Source of the DNA: the human T2T-CHM13v2.0 reference genome, Homo sapiens | Assembly: GCF_009914755.1 (NCBI RefSeq) | Contig: NC_060928.1 | Length of the DNA stretch: 64,000 bases | Strand: one strand, 5' to 3' | Shown here: piece after piece, positions 1 through 14,225 of the stretch | How the letters are laid out: the number at the start of each line of letters is the position of its first letter | Position numbering within the stretch: the first letter of the stretch is position 1 | Position numbers and translations under genes: made by a program | The notes under the pieces: generated by a model | Seen by the model: the letters and a program-made list of their open reading frames with translations, nothing else | The model's database searches: none | Told to the model about the DNA's origin: nothing

Positions 1-55
1 ACCTCTCAGGATGGGGGTCACAAATAAATAGAACGACATAAAGTACATAATACAT

Positions 56-440
56 CAATCAGTTAGGATGTATTTGGCTACAGGCAAAAGAACAGCCCTC
101 CTCAACTGGCTTAACCAACAATTAACCTATTATCTTACATAAAAGGGAGTCTAGAAGTAGGGATGTTCCAGGTTTGGCTAATCCAGCAGCTCAACCATGT
201 CAACACAGACCGGGTTTTCTCTGTCTTGCCTTTTTGCCATTCTCAGTGCTTTCATGGGCTCCCTTTATGCTTGCAATATGCCAGCTGCAGCTCCAGACAT
301 CAGCTTCTCACATACCTATGTCCAGAAGCAGAAGAAGGACATTTCTCCCTTGTGCATTTCTACTGAAGACTAAATATTTCCTGCTTGGCCCCTATCAGTC
401 TTCTCCTCAAGTTTTATTTGCTAAAACAGGTAACATGTTC
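56..440 (-). mobile_element. ERVL-MaLR solo LTR fragment, MLT1K/L-like
   Basis: Degenerate match to reverse MLT1 LTR (atcagttaggatgtatttggcta...ggcttaacc...cagctccagacatc); edges approximate. Confidence 0.6.
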
Positions 441-444
441 TGGG

Positions 445-982
445 TATCTGTAGATGGGTCATTAAAAAATCATCCCAAAATTTAGTGACTTATAACCACA
501 AAGATAATTTATTTTGCTTACAAATTTGCATTTTGGGCAGGAGTCAGCAAGGACAACTTGATTTTGCTCCATTTCTAAGCTGAGGTGGTTCAGCTGGAAA
601 CTGGAGGAGGGTCTGATTTCAATGGCTCATTTGCATCCCTGGCAAGCTGGTGCTGGCTCTTGGCTGGGACCTCAGTTGGGGCTGTGGGCCAAGGTCTTGG
701 TTCCTGTCCATGTGTACTTCTCCACAGGCTGCCTGGGCTTCCTCACAGTATGGTGGCTGTGTTCCAAGAACAAGTATCCCGAGAGAACCAGGTGGAGGCT
801 GTATTATCTTTATGATGTAACTTCAGAAGTCACATTGAATTCTTACTCCATAGACACAAGCCTACCCAAATTCAAAGGGAGACAACCTAGACTCATCCTC
901 TCAATGGGAGGTCACATAGTTGAAGAGCACGCAGGATGGATATCTACTGGTATGATCATTTTTGGAAAACACAGTCTGCCAC
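445..982 (-). mobile_element. MaLR LTR, MLT1H/G-like
   Basis: Ends tttggaaaacacagtctgccac, the reverse of the MLT1H/G 5' end TGTGGCAGACTGTATTTTCCAAA. Confidence 0.65.
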
Positions 983-1230
983 GTATGCTTACCTCTTAAC
1001 AAATTAATAACAAGGAGGATGAGCTCACCATGTGTAGTTCGGACCTATCTGCCTATCTGGATTTACCAGAGTAATGGTGGCTAGGGCCTTGGAAGAAATG
1101 GAAAATGGCTGTTAGGCAACCCAAAGTATTTGCCTGTAAAGCTGCTCAGCAAATGATAACATGTTATTGTCACTGGTCATCTAGCTCTAAGACCAGGCAA
1201 ATATGTATTGAGAATCCTGTGTGCAGCTAG

Positions 1231-1611
<381 letters not shown>

Positions 1612-1944
1612 TAAGTTTACTCTTCTCCTGCAGTTCCCTGCCCCATTATGAGCTATCTTCACGGCTTTACTTTCTCTCATGCCTGAGGGCCAATGTTTTG
1701 TTGGTATGGGATATTCTAGTTTGACAAGTTAGTGACCAGTAGAGGCTGTTCTGAGGCGACTGCTGCCATTGTTCTTTCATGGCTGTCTATTTTTCTTGTA
1801 GCTGTTTTCTGGTGTTAGAAAATTGGATTAAGCTTTAATCACATTTCCTCCTAAACACAAAAGTCCAAAATTAGTAGCATATTTCTAACAGACCTCACTT
1901 AAAGCCACATCAAATTAAATAGGGCCTTTTAAGATGGGTCCTCC

Positions 1945-2009
1945 TGTATGTGTGTGTGTGTGTATATATATGTGTGTGTGTGTGTATGTATATATGTGCA
2001 TACATGTAT
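1945..2009. repeat. compound (TG)n/(TA)n microsatellite
   Basis: Read directly from sequence. Confidence 0.9.
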
Positions 2010-2249
2010 GGTGCAGCATGGATTGGAAAAGTTTAGGAAGTGAGGTATGTTTGTAAATACTGGAAAGCTCAAAATTATTTGACCCTGTGATATTTGACCC
2101 ATATTCTTGCAAATTGTACTCAACTTGGAATTGCCATCTTATGGATTTGCAGCCCTTAACCCCTGCATATTGCTTTGGAATTTCATTACAAGCTCTTTTG
2201 ATGATGTTCTGTTTTTATAAACCTTGATGTTATCTGAGCTTGCATAGGA

Positions 2250-2640
2250 TCAAAAGCTACTGAGGGCAGAAGCCTCCTTTGAGACCTCCTATTTAGCCCC
2301 CAGAACTCTCTCAACTTAGACATGGACAAACTGAGGCTCAAGGAGGTGAAATTAATTTATCTAAGCCACACATGGTGGTGGTGTTTGGGTTGGATGTTGA
2401 ATTCAAGGCTCCTGATAGCAGAATGGGGAACTAGAGTGCAAGCATACTTTGAAGGTACACAGGCAGGTCTGAATTCCACACCAACCTACCTTACTTACTA
2501 GCTGTGTGACCTTGGCTGGGTTGCTAATTTCTTTGCACCTCAGTTCCTTCTGCCCCTGCAAAGTGGGGACAAATGTCCTTATCTCAGGGTGGTTGCAAGA
2601 GTGAAATGAGATAAATGTGAGGCACAGAGCCCAGAGCCAG
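2250..2640. mobile_element. two MIR fragments (- then +)
   Basis: MIR cores aaactgaggctca (-) and ttactagctgtgtgaccttgg (+). Confidence 0.7.
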
Positions 2641-2656
2641 GCTCCTAGAAGGTTCC

Positions 2657-2960
2657 TGTCTTAGTCCATGTGGGCTGCTATAATAAAAATACTGTAGAGT
2701 GGATGGCTTATAAACAATAGAAATTTATTTCACACAGTTCTGGAGGCTGGGAAGTCCAAGATCAAGGTGCTGGAAGATTTGGTGTCTGGTGAGGGCTCAC
2801 TTCCTGGTTTATAGATGGCACCTTCTCACTGTGTTCTCACATGGCAGAAGGGGCAAGGGAGCTCTCTGGAGTGTCTTTTTTATAAGGGCACTGATCCTCC
2901 TCATGAAAGCACCACCCTCATGAGCTAATAATTCCCCAAAGGCCCCACTTCCTTATACCA
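2657..2960 (-). mobile_element. MaLR LTR MLT1A/MLT1A0
   Basis: tgtcttagtcc...gttctggaggctgggaagtccaagatcaaggtgc; resumes briefly after the Alu at 3231. Confidence 0.85.
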
Positions 2961-3230
2961 CTCTGTTGCCCAGGCTGGAGTGCAGTGGCACAGGCTCAGC
3001 TCACTGCAAACTCCACCTTCTGCGTTCAAGCGATTCTCCTGCCTCAGCTTCTTGAGTAGCTGGGATTACAGGCACCTAACACCACGCCTGGCTAATTTTT
3101 TTGTATTTTTAGTAGAAATGGGGTTTCATCATGTTGACCAGGCTGGTCTTGAACCCCTGACCTCAGGTGATCTGCCCGCCTCGGCCTCCCAAAGTGCTGG
3201 GATTACAGGCGTGACCCACCGCGCCCAGCC
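2959..3230 (-). mobile_element. AluS lacking poly(A) tail and TSD
   Basis: Alu homology starts at cactctgttgcccagg with no T-run. Confidence 0.9.
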
Positions 3231-3524
3231 TGGGGGTTGGAATGTTGAATGGGAGAAGGTGATGATTGATTTAGTTGGTCAAAGACCAGATTCTTAGTTT
3301 CAGGTGCCCAAGAAAAAGTAAGAGGTTCTGGAAGGTGGGTGTCACACGATGACTGCACATTCAGGTATCGAAGCCCTGGCAGGCGGGGAGAATAAGAGGC
3401 TGCCCCTCTGTGCCTTCGCCCATGGGAAATCTTAGACTCTATTCATTTGTCAAGATCAACTCAAAGATCATGTTCCTAAGAAGTCCTTTTATCCTTTCTC
3501 CTTTGTGCACCTTGGGCATTGTGC

Positions 3525-4510
3525 ACTGAATTAGGGACTATGGTTGACTGCATGCAACAGAAATATTACTGGAGGACCTTAACTAAATTTTTGTTTCTTC
3601 ATATAACAGGAAGTCTAGAAATGGGAAGACCTGGCTGCCATAGCAGCTCAGTGGTGCTTCCAGAGGCTCGGGCTCCCTGTGTCTTTCTGTTCCATCATCT
3701 GCAGTACATGGCACCCATTAACACGGTTGCTTCCTCGTTACAAGATGCATGTTTCACCCCAAGTTTTCTATTTGAGTTCTAGGAAAAGGAAGAAGAAAGC
3801 AATAGTAAAAACGATGTAAAAGCTTTTCTAAAAATCCCTGGCAAGCTCTACTTACATGTAATCTTAGATTTAAGATCAACCACCACCCTCACTGAGAGGG
3901 AAGGCTTATGTCCTCTCCCTTTGAATGCGGGTAGGGTCTTTGACTGCTCTACCATTAGAATATAGCAGAAGTGATGCTATGCTAGTTTCTAGGTCCAGGC
4001 TTTGAGAAAATGGCAGCTTCCAGTTCTTCTTAGAACCCTTGCTCTTGAAACCTAGCCACCATACTGTCAGGCAGTCCAAGTTACCCAGTGGAGAACCCCA
4101 TGTAGAGAGGTACCGAAACCCCCAACTACAGTTTCTACCCTACAGCCAGCCACGGGAGTGAACCACCTTGGAAATGGATCTTCTAGATGACCTGCCCCAG
4201 TTGATGCCATTGTAGGGCTAAGTGAGCCATCCAAGCTGAGCTGTGCCCACATTCAGATTTGTAAAGTAAATTACAAACTGCTTTAGGTGATTTGCTGTTT
4301 AAAATGAATAGGTTTTGGATTGTTTTGTTGCATTTTAACAGATAATCAGGACTTATGCCATTGGCCATAAGTGTGTCACATGGTGACCTCTTAACTGCAA
4401 AAAGATGCTGAGGAATATAGAATTTTAGCAAACACATTGACATCCAAAAAGAAAAATCAGAGCTCTCTTAGTAAAGAAAAAGAAACAGATAGAAAGTCGG
4501 CAGCCAGCAT
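3525..4510. mobile_element. MLT1J/K-like LTR (-) interrupted by MLT1F/G-like LTR (+, ~3870-4352)
   Basis: Outer: aacaggaagtctagaaatggg...cattggccataagtgtgtcacatgg; inner: cccttgaatgcgggt...agcagaagtgatgctatg...acagataatcaggac. Confidence 0.65.
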
Positions 4511-4721
4511 TGCTCAACTGGTACCTGTAATTTTTTATCTGCTTCATTATTGACGTGTCTTTCATCCTCTTTGCTGCTGTCTGCATTGAAAAAAAAATGT
4601 TGTTTACCCCATAAAAAATTTAGCATGCACTCCATGTATTCGCTTGTTTAGAAATTATATATTTATACCTACGAATATATTATGAATGTTAAAAACCTTA
4701 CACAAAAATAGAAATTTCAAA

Positions 4722-4871
4722 CCTAGGCACGGTGATATGTGTCTGTAGTTTAAATAATCAGGAGGCTGAGGCAGGAGGATTGCTTGAACCCAGGAATTTG
4801 AGGCTGCAGTGCATTGTGACTAAGTCTGAGAATAGCCACTGGACTCCAGCCTGGGCAACATAATGAGACAT
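4722..4871 (+). mobile_element. FAM (fossil Alu monomer), split by THE1 insertion
   Basis: 7SL-like segment gaatagccactggactccagcctgggcaac; resumes catctc after the LTR. Confidence 0.75.
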
Positions 4872-5219
4872 TGATAATGGTTTGGCTGTGTTCCCACCTA
4901 AATCTCACCTTGAATTGTAATAATCTCCACGAGTCAAGGGCGGGGCCAGGTGGAGATAATTGAATCATGGGAGCAGTTTCCCCCATGCTGTTCTCATGGT
5001 AGTGAATAAGTCTCATGAGATCTGATGGTTTCATAAAGGGAAGCTCCCCTGCACATGGCCCTTGCTTGCCACCATGCCTTTGCCCTTCCTTTGCCTTCTG
5101 CCATGATTGTGAGGCCTCCCCAGCCATGTGGAACTGTGAGTCCGTTAAACCTCTTTTTTTAAATAAATTACCCAGTCTCAGGTGTGCCTTTAGTAGCAGT
5201 GTAAAAATGGACGAATACA
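4872..5219 (+). mobile_element. THE1C/D solo LTR
   Basis: tgataatggtttggctgtg...gaataca; 5-bp TSD gacat/ggcat. Confidence 0.9.
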
Positions 5220-5264
5220 GGCATCATCTCTAGACAATTTGATTAATTTAAAAATAATAACAAT

Positions 5265-5560
5265 AGCCAGGCGCAGGACTCACGCTTGTAATGCCAGCAC
5301 ATTGGGATGCCAAGGCAAGAAGATCGCTTGAGCCCAGGAGCTCGAGACCAGCCTGGCAACATGGTGAAACCCCATCTCTACAAAAAATACCAAAAATGAG
5401 CTGGGTTTGGTAGTGTGTGCCTGTAGTCCCAGCTACTCAGGAGGCTGAGGTGGGAGGATCACCTGAGCCCTGGACATCGAGGCTGCAGAGAGCCAAAACT
5501 ATGCCACTGCATGCCAGCGTGGGTGACAGAGTGAGACCTTATCTCAAAAAAACAAACAAG
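5265..5560 (+). mobile_element. Alu (AluJ-like)
   Basis: Dimeric Alu with J-type ggaggatcacctgagccc and gaggctgcag. Confidence 0.92.
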
Positions 5561-6200
5561 CGATAATAATAATGATAATGATAAATAAAAACTTCAAAAA
5601 GAATGTTAAAAGATACTCAAAAAGAATTTTAAAAAGATTTAAAATATTCTTTCATTGTGTTCATTCATAGTACTAAAACAAAAATTATTAATAATGTTTC
5701 GGGTATTTTCACATAATCTTGAATATCTCCAGACACAATATATAATCCTTTATGGAGAGAATTATTGCTAATGTTAGTGGTGTTGCTAACATTGCTAATG
5801 TTAGAGGTGAATTATATTCAGCTCTTTTCTCAATGAGCACTCTCTCTCTCTCTCCCTCTTTCTCTGGTTGACTCCCACTGCCTCTGATTAGATTCTCAGG
5901 GGTTGTACCTAAGGGATGACAATGAACTCATATTTGAAGGACAAACACCAAATCTGCTGTTTTCTTGTTCTCTCAGGCTTCCATGTTTACAATTGTCTTC
6001 AATCCATGGCTCCCTTGCAGGAATTCTGTTCATCTGTGGCTCCACAATGAGAGTTCGTGTGACTAACTAGACAATATAAAGTTGCAAATTCTCTTCACAG
6101 AGCACAGATAGCCACAGAGCACTGAGCAGGCTAGTGGATGCAAGGCGCCCTCACCCCCTGGGTCCCCCAGCCTCTGTGAGGAGCTCTCACTCTTCCCATC

Positions 6201-6548
6201 TGTATTAGTTTGTTTTCACACTGCTAATAAGGACAGACCCGAGACTGGGTAATTTACAAAGGAAAGAGGTTTAATGGACTCATAGCTCCACGTGGCTGGG
6301 AAGGCAGAAGGTGAAAGGCACATCTTACATGGAGATAGACCAGAGAGAGAATGAGAACCAAGCAAAAGGGGAAACCCCTTATAAAACCATCAGATCTCAT
6401 GAGACTTATTCACTACCACGAGAACACTATGGGGGAAACCGCCCCATGATTCAATTATCTGCCACAGGGTCCCTCCCACAACATGTGGGAAAGATGGGAG
6501 CTACAATTTAAGATGAGATTTGGGTGGGGACACAGCCAAACTATATCA
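6201..6548 (-). mobile_element. THE1B/C solo LTR
   Basis: tgtattagtttgttttcac...cagccaaactatatca; TSD ccatc/ccgtc. Confidence 0.92.
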
Positions 6549-7254
6549 CCGTCAGATGCTCTCAAATGCCCACCAGACATAGTATGCTCCTGGGCACCAG
6601 GGTTGACCCTCATAATAAATACAGCATGACTCAATTTCCTAACTCCTGCTACTTATCTGATACAAATGAATATAAGCAGAGACTTGAGGGCTTCCCCACG
6701 CCCCAGTGCATCATCTTGCCTGTCCCTAGCATGCATTTTCCCCCACTTTGGAGACCACTGGCCTCTTAGATTATGAGCTACTTGTGGGCAAAATGCATGT
6801 TGTGCTCACCTCTGGGTCCCTTCTGGGACTGTTCTGGCACCCAGAAGGGGCTCGCTCAGTGTTTGTTGGACACATGAATGAAAGAATACATGACCAGGAT
6901 CAGTCCATGAGCAGTCCTAGAGCAGGACTGAAGCTCTAGGATGGGGCTGGGGGTGACATTCTGGAACTGGGAGGGCGAGCTGAGGGTGGGGACCTGGGAG
7001 CTCGTTAGAGCCAAGGGCACGGAGGACCCACTGAATCTCTTCCCACTTAGCTGCTTCATCTGTAACTGAGAATCATCATGGTAATACGCACCACACCTCT
7101 TGTCCAGAGAGTCCAGGAAACAATGTACAAGAGAGTGAATGAGGAGCCTTCTGGGCCCTGACACTGTATGTGCTCAGTAAACATTTGCTCCTTCCCCTGG
7201 GAAAATGAAATAAAATATAGTGGCAAGGCCAGTGCCTGGAGGCAGCTACAGTGT

Positions 7255-7694
7255 GTGTCTTAGTGTCCTTGGCTGCCGTAACAGATGACCACAGACACAT
7301 TGGAGGTCAGAAGTCTCATGTGGCTCGCATTAGGCTAAAGTCAAGCTGTCGACAGGGCTGGTTCCTTCTGGCTCTTGCCTGTTCCGGCTTCTAGAGGCTG
7401 CCTGCATTCCTTGCCTTCTGGCTCCTTCATCTTCAAAGCCAGCATTGCGTCATTGCAACCACTGTTTCTATTTTCATATCTCCTTTTTCTGACTTTAACC
7501 CTCTGTTTCCCTCTGATAAGGATCTTTGTAACTACTTTGGGCTCATCCAGATAATCCAGGATAATCTTCCCATCTCAAGATTCTTAATTGAATCACATCT
7601 GTAAAGTCCCTTTTGCCAATCATAGGTTCCAGGGATAAGGACGTGGACATCTTTGTAGTGGTGGTGGTAGTATGCTATTGTTCAGCTGATCACA

Positions 7695-7695
<1 letters not shown>
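7255..7695 (-). mobile_element. MaLR LTR MLT1C/D
   Basis: tgtcttagtgtccttggctgccgtaaca...ataatccaggataatcttcccatctcaagattcttaa. Confidence 0.8.
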
Positions 7696-8422
<727 letters not shown>

Positions 8423-8429
8423 GCAGGCA

Positions 8430-8650
8430 GCATAACATTAGTGGCTAACCGAATGGGCTGTGGAATTAGAGACCTGGGTTAGGATCTCCCTCCAGCCACT
8501 AACTGGGTGTGGTACCTGGTGCAAGTTGCTTTAGTCTCAGTTTCTTCCTCTGAAAAGTGGAAATGATAACAGCACCAACAGGTTGATGGGAGCTTGAAAT
8601 ATGAAAATGTATGTAATGGTGACACATACAAGAGTGGCAGCTATTACTGT
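8430..8650 (+). mobile_element. MIR
   Basis: agacctgggtt...ccactaact...gtctcagtttcttcctctgaaaagtgg. Confidence 0.75.
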
Positions 8651-10607
8651 TTTTATATGAAGAGGTCTACATGGGGTGCTATGGAGCCCAGAGGAGCCGC
8701 TCCCAGCCACAGTCCCTAACCCCTCAGGCCTGAGTCTCCTTTCTCCTCCAACTCCAGCCCAGCCGAGCATGGCCCTGGCTCCCCTGTTACCTCTTTTCCC
8801 ATGGTCCATGCTAGGGCCTGTGCTCAGTGAGGGCTGGACACTCTGTGAGCATGGCCAGGTTCTGGTGGCCCCAGAAGACCTCTGGCAGAGGAGAAAGGCT
8901 GCAGCAGGTAAATCAGCTCCACTGTGCTGAGCTCAGTCCTGCTCCTGGGCTGTTCGTGGGGGCGGGCAGGTGGGTGGGGTCTTCCTGAGTTGTGAGCCCA
9001 CCAGGCCTCTCAGCCAGCAGTTGTGGGTGTGGCCAGCGGCCTTTGCAAAGCTTCTAGCAAGAAGGAACCTTCCTGGGCATCTTCCCTGCTTCCCTTCAAA
9101 AGGAAACAACACAAGGAAAGAGCTCTCCATATCCACGTGTCCAAACACAACAGCTTATTTCAGTGTATTGTGAAGTCATTGTATTTCACTTTGTGCTGTT
9201 TTGCGGGTTGGTATTTGTTTAGCTGGCAGATGTGCTCTGCATGAACAAGTCAAGGGTGTTTCCATCCCTGATTGGCTCATCAGGAGGGGGATATAGAATC
9301 TGGGGGCAGTGGGATCTTGACCTTGGAGGAGCAGGAGCTTGAATGAGATAATTCTGCAGGTGCCTTGTGCGTGTATCTTATCTGAATTTTACTTCCTGCC
9401 TTGACATTTGGAAGTGCTGAGCAGTCCAGAGATGGCTCCCTGCATTAGAGTCCCTTGCCTTGTCAGGCCTTTGAAATGAGGGTTTGCCTTGATGGAACAG
9501 ACAGCTTTCATGATGCACTGTCTGATATATTCAGACTTGTAATGTAGGGTGCCTAGGGCTGTGGGGTATAATGGGGGAGCCTGGGAGAGCATAAGCTCCT
9601 AAGGCTCCCTCTTGGCCTGCACTAAGTTAGCTGCTGGGCCAGGATGGTGAACAGACAGACCCAGCAGCCACCCTCCTAGAGCTGACAGTCTAGCAGGCAG
9701 ACCCCCTGATTGCAGAGTTACACAAATAATTGAATAAAAATCACAAGTGTGGAAAAGCACAGAGCAAGAGAATAGGCCTGGGGCTGGATGATGTATCTCT
9801 GGTCTCAGCAGGGTGACAGTCCCCTGCCCAGCTTCACTCCTGGTGCTCCTGGCATACCCACTCTCCCCCCGCCAAGATGAGCAGCTTCTCATTCTCTGAA
9901 CAGATCAGCCGTGTCTTTGCTTGGGCTGTTCTCATTGCCTGATAAACTCCTACTCATCCTGCAAAATTCAACCTAGGTCTCACTCCCTCCAGGAAGCCCT
10001 CCCTGCCCTCCTGCTGGCCCTACACTTTAGTTATTCCCTCCCCTGAGTAACCTGCCATTGCCCTAATCACACTTTATTTTAATTTACCACATTTGTTTTT
10101 AGAGTAAATTTTATTGCAATGTCATTCGCACAACATAAAATTTATCATTTTAAAGTATACAAGTCAGTAGTTCGAAGTATATTCACCATGTTGTGTAATA
10201 ACCATTCCCACCAATTCAGAACATTTTCATTACCTCCAAAAGAACTCCCATGCCTATCAGCAGCCCCTCCTGATTTCCTCCTCCTCCAGCCCCTGACAAC
10301 CACGAATCTGCTTTTGTGTCTCTAGATTTGCCTATTTTGGACATTTCATATAAATGGAATCATACAATGTGGGATATTTTGTGTCTGGCCTCTTTCAATT
10401 AACATAACGTTTCCAAGGTTTACCCTCACTGTAGCATGGGTCAATGCTTCATTCCTTTCTATGGCTGAATCATATTCCATTGTGTGGATGTATTGCATGT
10501 TATTTACCCATTTGTCCATTGATGGATGTTAGATTGTTTCCACTTTTTGGCTGTTATAAATAATATTACTATGAATATTCACATTGAGGTTTTCGCATAG
10601 ATATATG

Positions 10608-11023
10608 TGTCATGGTTTGGATGTTTGTCACCTCCAAACTTCATGCTGAAATGTAATTTCTAATGTTGTAAGTGGGGCCTGGTGAGAGGTATTGAATCAT
10701 GGGGCGGATCCCTCATGAATGGCTTAGCACCATCACCTTGGTGAAGAGTTCTCATTTAGTTAGTTCACATGAGATCTGGTTGTTTAAAAGAGTGTGGTGC
10801 CTCCCACCTCCTCTTTCTTGCTCCCACTTTCACCATGAGATGCTAGCTCTCCCTTTGCCTTCTGCCATGATCGTAAGCTTCCCGAGGCTTCACCAAAAGC
10901 CAAGTACATGCTGGTGCCGTGCCTGTACAGCCTGCAGAACTGTGAGCCAATGAAACCTCTTTTCTTTACAAATTACCCAGCCTCAGGTATTTCTTTACAG
11001 CAACACAAGAATGACCTGATACC
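10608..11023 (+). mobile_element. MSTB/MSTA solo LTR
   Basis: tgtcatggtttggatgtttgtc...aattacccagcctcaggtatttctttacagcaac. Confidence 0.85.
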
Positions 11024-11302
11024 ATATGCTTTCAATTTCCTTGGGTATATACCTAGGAGTGGAATTGCTAGGTCACATGGTTACTCTTATATTTAACTTT
11101 TTGAGGAACTGCCAAGTATTTTCCAAAGCAGCTGCACCATTTTGAATTCCTAGCAGGAGTGTATCAGGGGTTCATTTTCTCCAAATTGTCCTCAACACTT
11201 GTCATTATCTGTCTTTGTGATAAAAGTCATCATCTTACTGGAGGTGTCGTGTTATCTCATTGTGGTTTTGATTTGCATTTTCCTGATAAGTAGTGACATT
11301 GA

Positions 11303-11674
<372 letters not shown>

Positions 11675-12107
11675 TCTATTGCCCATTTTAAAAATTATTT
11701 TTTATTGTTCAGTTGTAAAAGCTCTTTATATATACTGGATACTAGACCCTCATTAGATATATGACTTGCAAATATTTTTTCTCTCATTCTGTGGGTTGTC
11801 TTTTCACTTTCTTGTTGGTGTCTTTTGATACAGAAAAGTTTTAAATATTGTTGAAGTACAATTTATATATATTTTTCTTTGATTGTTTGTACTTTAGGTG
11901 TCATATCTAAGAAAACATTGTCTAATCCAAGGTAATGAAGATTTATACCTATTTTCTTCTAAGAATTTTATAGTTTCACCTCTTACATTTAGGTCTTTGA
12001 TATTTTTCAGTTAGTTTTTATTGATGGTGTGAGGTAAGGGTCCAAATTCTTTCTTTTGCATGTGGATGTACAGTTGTCTCAGCACCGTTTGTTGAAAACA
12101 CCATTCT

Positions 12108-12662
12108 TACCATTTGACCCAGCAATCCCATTACTGGGTATATACCCACAGGAATATAAATCATTCTATTATAAAGATACATGTATGCATATGTTTATTG
12201 CAGCACTATTCAAAATAGCAAAGACATGGAATCAACCTAAGTGCCCATCAACGATAGATTAGATAAAGAAAATGTGGTATATATACACCATGGAATTACT
12301 ATGCAACCATAAAAAAGGATGAGATCATGTCCCCTGCAGGGACATGGATGGAGTTGGAGGTCATTATCCTTAGCAAACTAACACAGGAACAGAAAACCAA
12401 ATACTGCATGTTCTCACTTATAAGTAGAAGCTAAATGATGAGAACACATGGACACATAGAGGGGAACAACACACATTGGGGCCTATTGGAGGGTGGAGGG
12501 TGGGAGGAGGGAGAGGATCAGGAAAAAGAACTAATGGGTACTAGGTTTAATACCTGGGTGATGAAATAATCTGTACAACAGACTCCTGTGATACAAGTTT
12601 ACTTACATAACAAACCTGTACATGTACCCCTGAACTTAAAATAAAGGTTTTTAAAAAAGAAG
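12108..12662 (+). mobile_element. 5'-truncated L1PA15/16-like 3' end
   Basis: ccatttgacccagcaatcccattactgggtatatacc...G-rich tract...ctgaacttaaaataaa; degenerate TSD gaaaacaccattct/gaaaagataattct. Confidence 0.85.
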
Positions 12663-13489
12663 GAAAAGATAATTCTTTTCCCAGCAAATGGTTTTGGCAC
12701 CTTTTTTGAAGATAAATTGACCATAAATGCAAGGGTTCATTTCTGGACTCACTCTTACTCTGTTGATCTATATGTCTATCCTTATGTTAGTGTCTCACAG
12801 TCATGATTACTATGTGTATTTTTTTCATTTTTTGGATTATTTATTTATTTAAATTGTGGTGAAGTATACATAACATAAAATTTTTCCTCTTCATAATTTT
12901 TTAGTGAACAGTTCAACAACATTAAGTACATTCACACTGTTAGGTAACCATCACCACCATCCATCTTGCAAAACTGAAACTCTGTACTTTTTAAATAATA
13001 ACTCCCTGTTCTCCATCCTCCACCCCTGGCAACCACCATTCTACTTTCTGTTTCTGTGAATTTGACTACTCTAGATACCACATATTGATTATTATAGTTT
13101 CATAGTGAGTTTTGAAATTAGGAAGTCTAAGTTCTCTGACTTTGTGTTTTTAAAGTTTGTTTTGGCTTTTCTGGGTCTCTTACATTTTCATATAAATTTT
13201 AATAGCTTGTCGGTTTCTGCAAAAAGGGCAGTTGGAATTTTGATAGGCATCATATCAGATGCAGATTAATTGAAAAATATTGCCATCTTAATAATATTAA
13301 GTCTTCTAATCCATGAACATAGGATGCCTTTTTAATTATTTGGGTTGTCATTAATTTCTTTCAACTATGTTTTCTAGTTTCAGGATGCAAGTGTTGCACT
13401 TCTTTGGCTAAATTTATTTTTAACATTTTGTCCTTTTAGATGGTATCAAAACTGGAATTGTTTTCTTAATTTTTGGGCGAGGTTGTGAG

Positions 13490-13870
13490 CCACTGGAGGG
13501 CAGAGTCAGTTGGCACAGGCAGCCAGCTGTGCATCAAACCTAGTTTCCCTTTCCCCAGGCAGCTACATGGGGCCCTGTGTCTGTGCCACTGGAATGTGAA
13601 TGGAAATGATGTGGCCACTTCCAGGCCTGGCCTGCCAACCTCCTGGTATAATCCTACAGATGATCTTCTCCCACCTCCTAGCCAGAGGTCAATTCCCAGG
13701 ATGACTGTGGAAGCCACTGTGTGACATGGCAGAATTTCCATCAGCCTGAGCTCCTGAATGACCCTGAAGAAGAGAGCAGACAGGTGTATCTGTGAGGGAG
13801 TGAGAAATATTTCATAAAGTCACTGAAATGTGGGAGTTTACTTGTTATAGGAGGTAATATGATTAAAATG
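13490..13870 (+). mobile_element. old MaLR LTR (MLT1-family)
   Basis: ggaaatgatgtggccacttccaggcctggcc...tcactgaaatgtgggagtttacttgtta. Confidence 0.6.
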
Positions 13871-14225
13871 GATACAATCATCCTTATTTCTGAATCTCTA
13901 GCACCAATATGTATCATACCTAAGAGGTACTCGATGAATTTTTTGGAATGAGTGCACTTTAAGCTTTCCTGGCTTGGCACTTCAAAGATGTCTTTGATTT
14001 CCCCTTTTCCCTCTTCTCCTACAGTTAAGCAAATGTCCGTTGAGTGAATTCATCCCAATGTTGCCTGCAGTACAACAAAATAATATTTTGGGAAAGCATC
14101 AAAAAGTGGAAATCTGTAAGATGGTAACAAGCATCCTTTCATTTGCAAAAACCTCTTAGGTAGAGTTTAAAAATTGTTTTTACTATGTTTTATCTTCTGA
14201 TCCCATAGTATTCTTATGAAGTAGG

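Noticed and set aside
6465-6490. PRDM9 hotspot motif in THE1 (also ~21260)
   Set aside because: Reads CCTCCCACAACAT / CCTCCCACAAATG, not CCTCCCTNNCCAC
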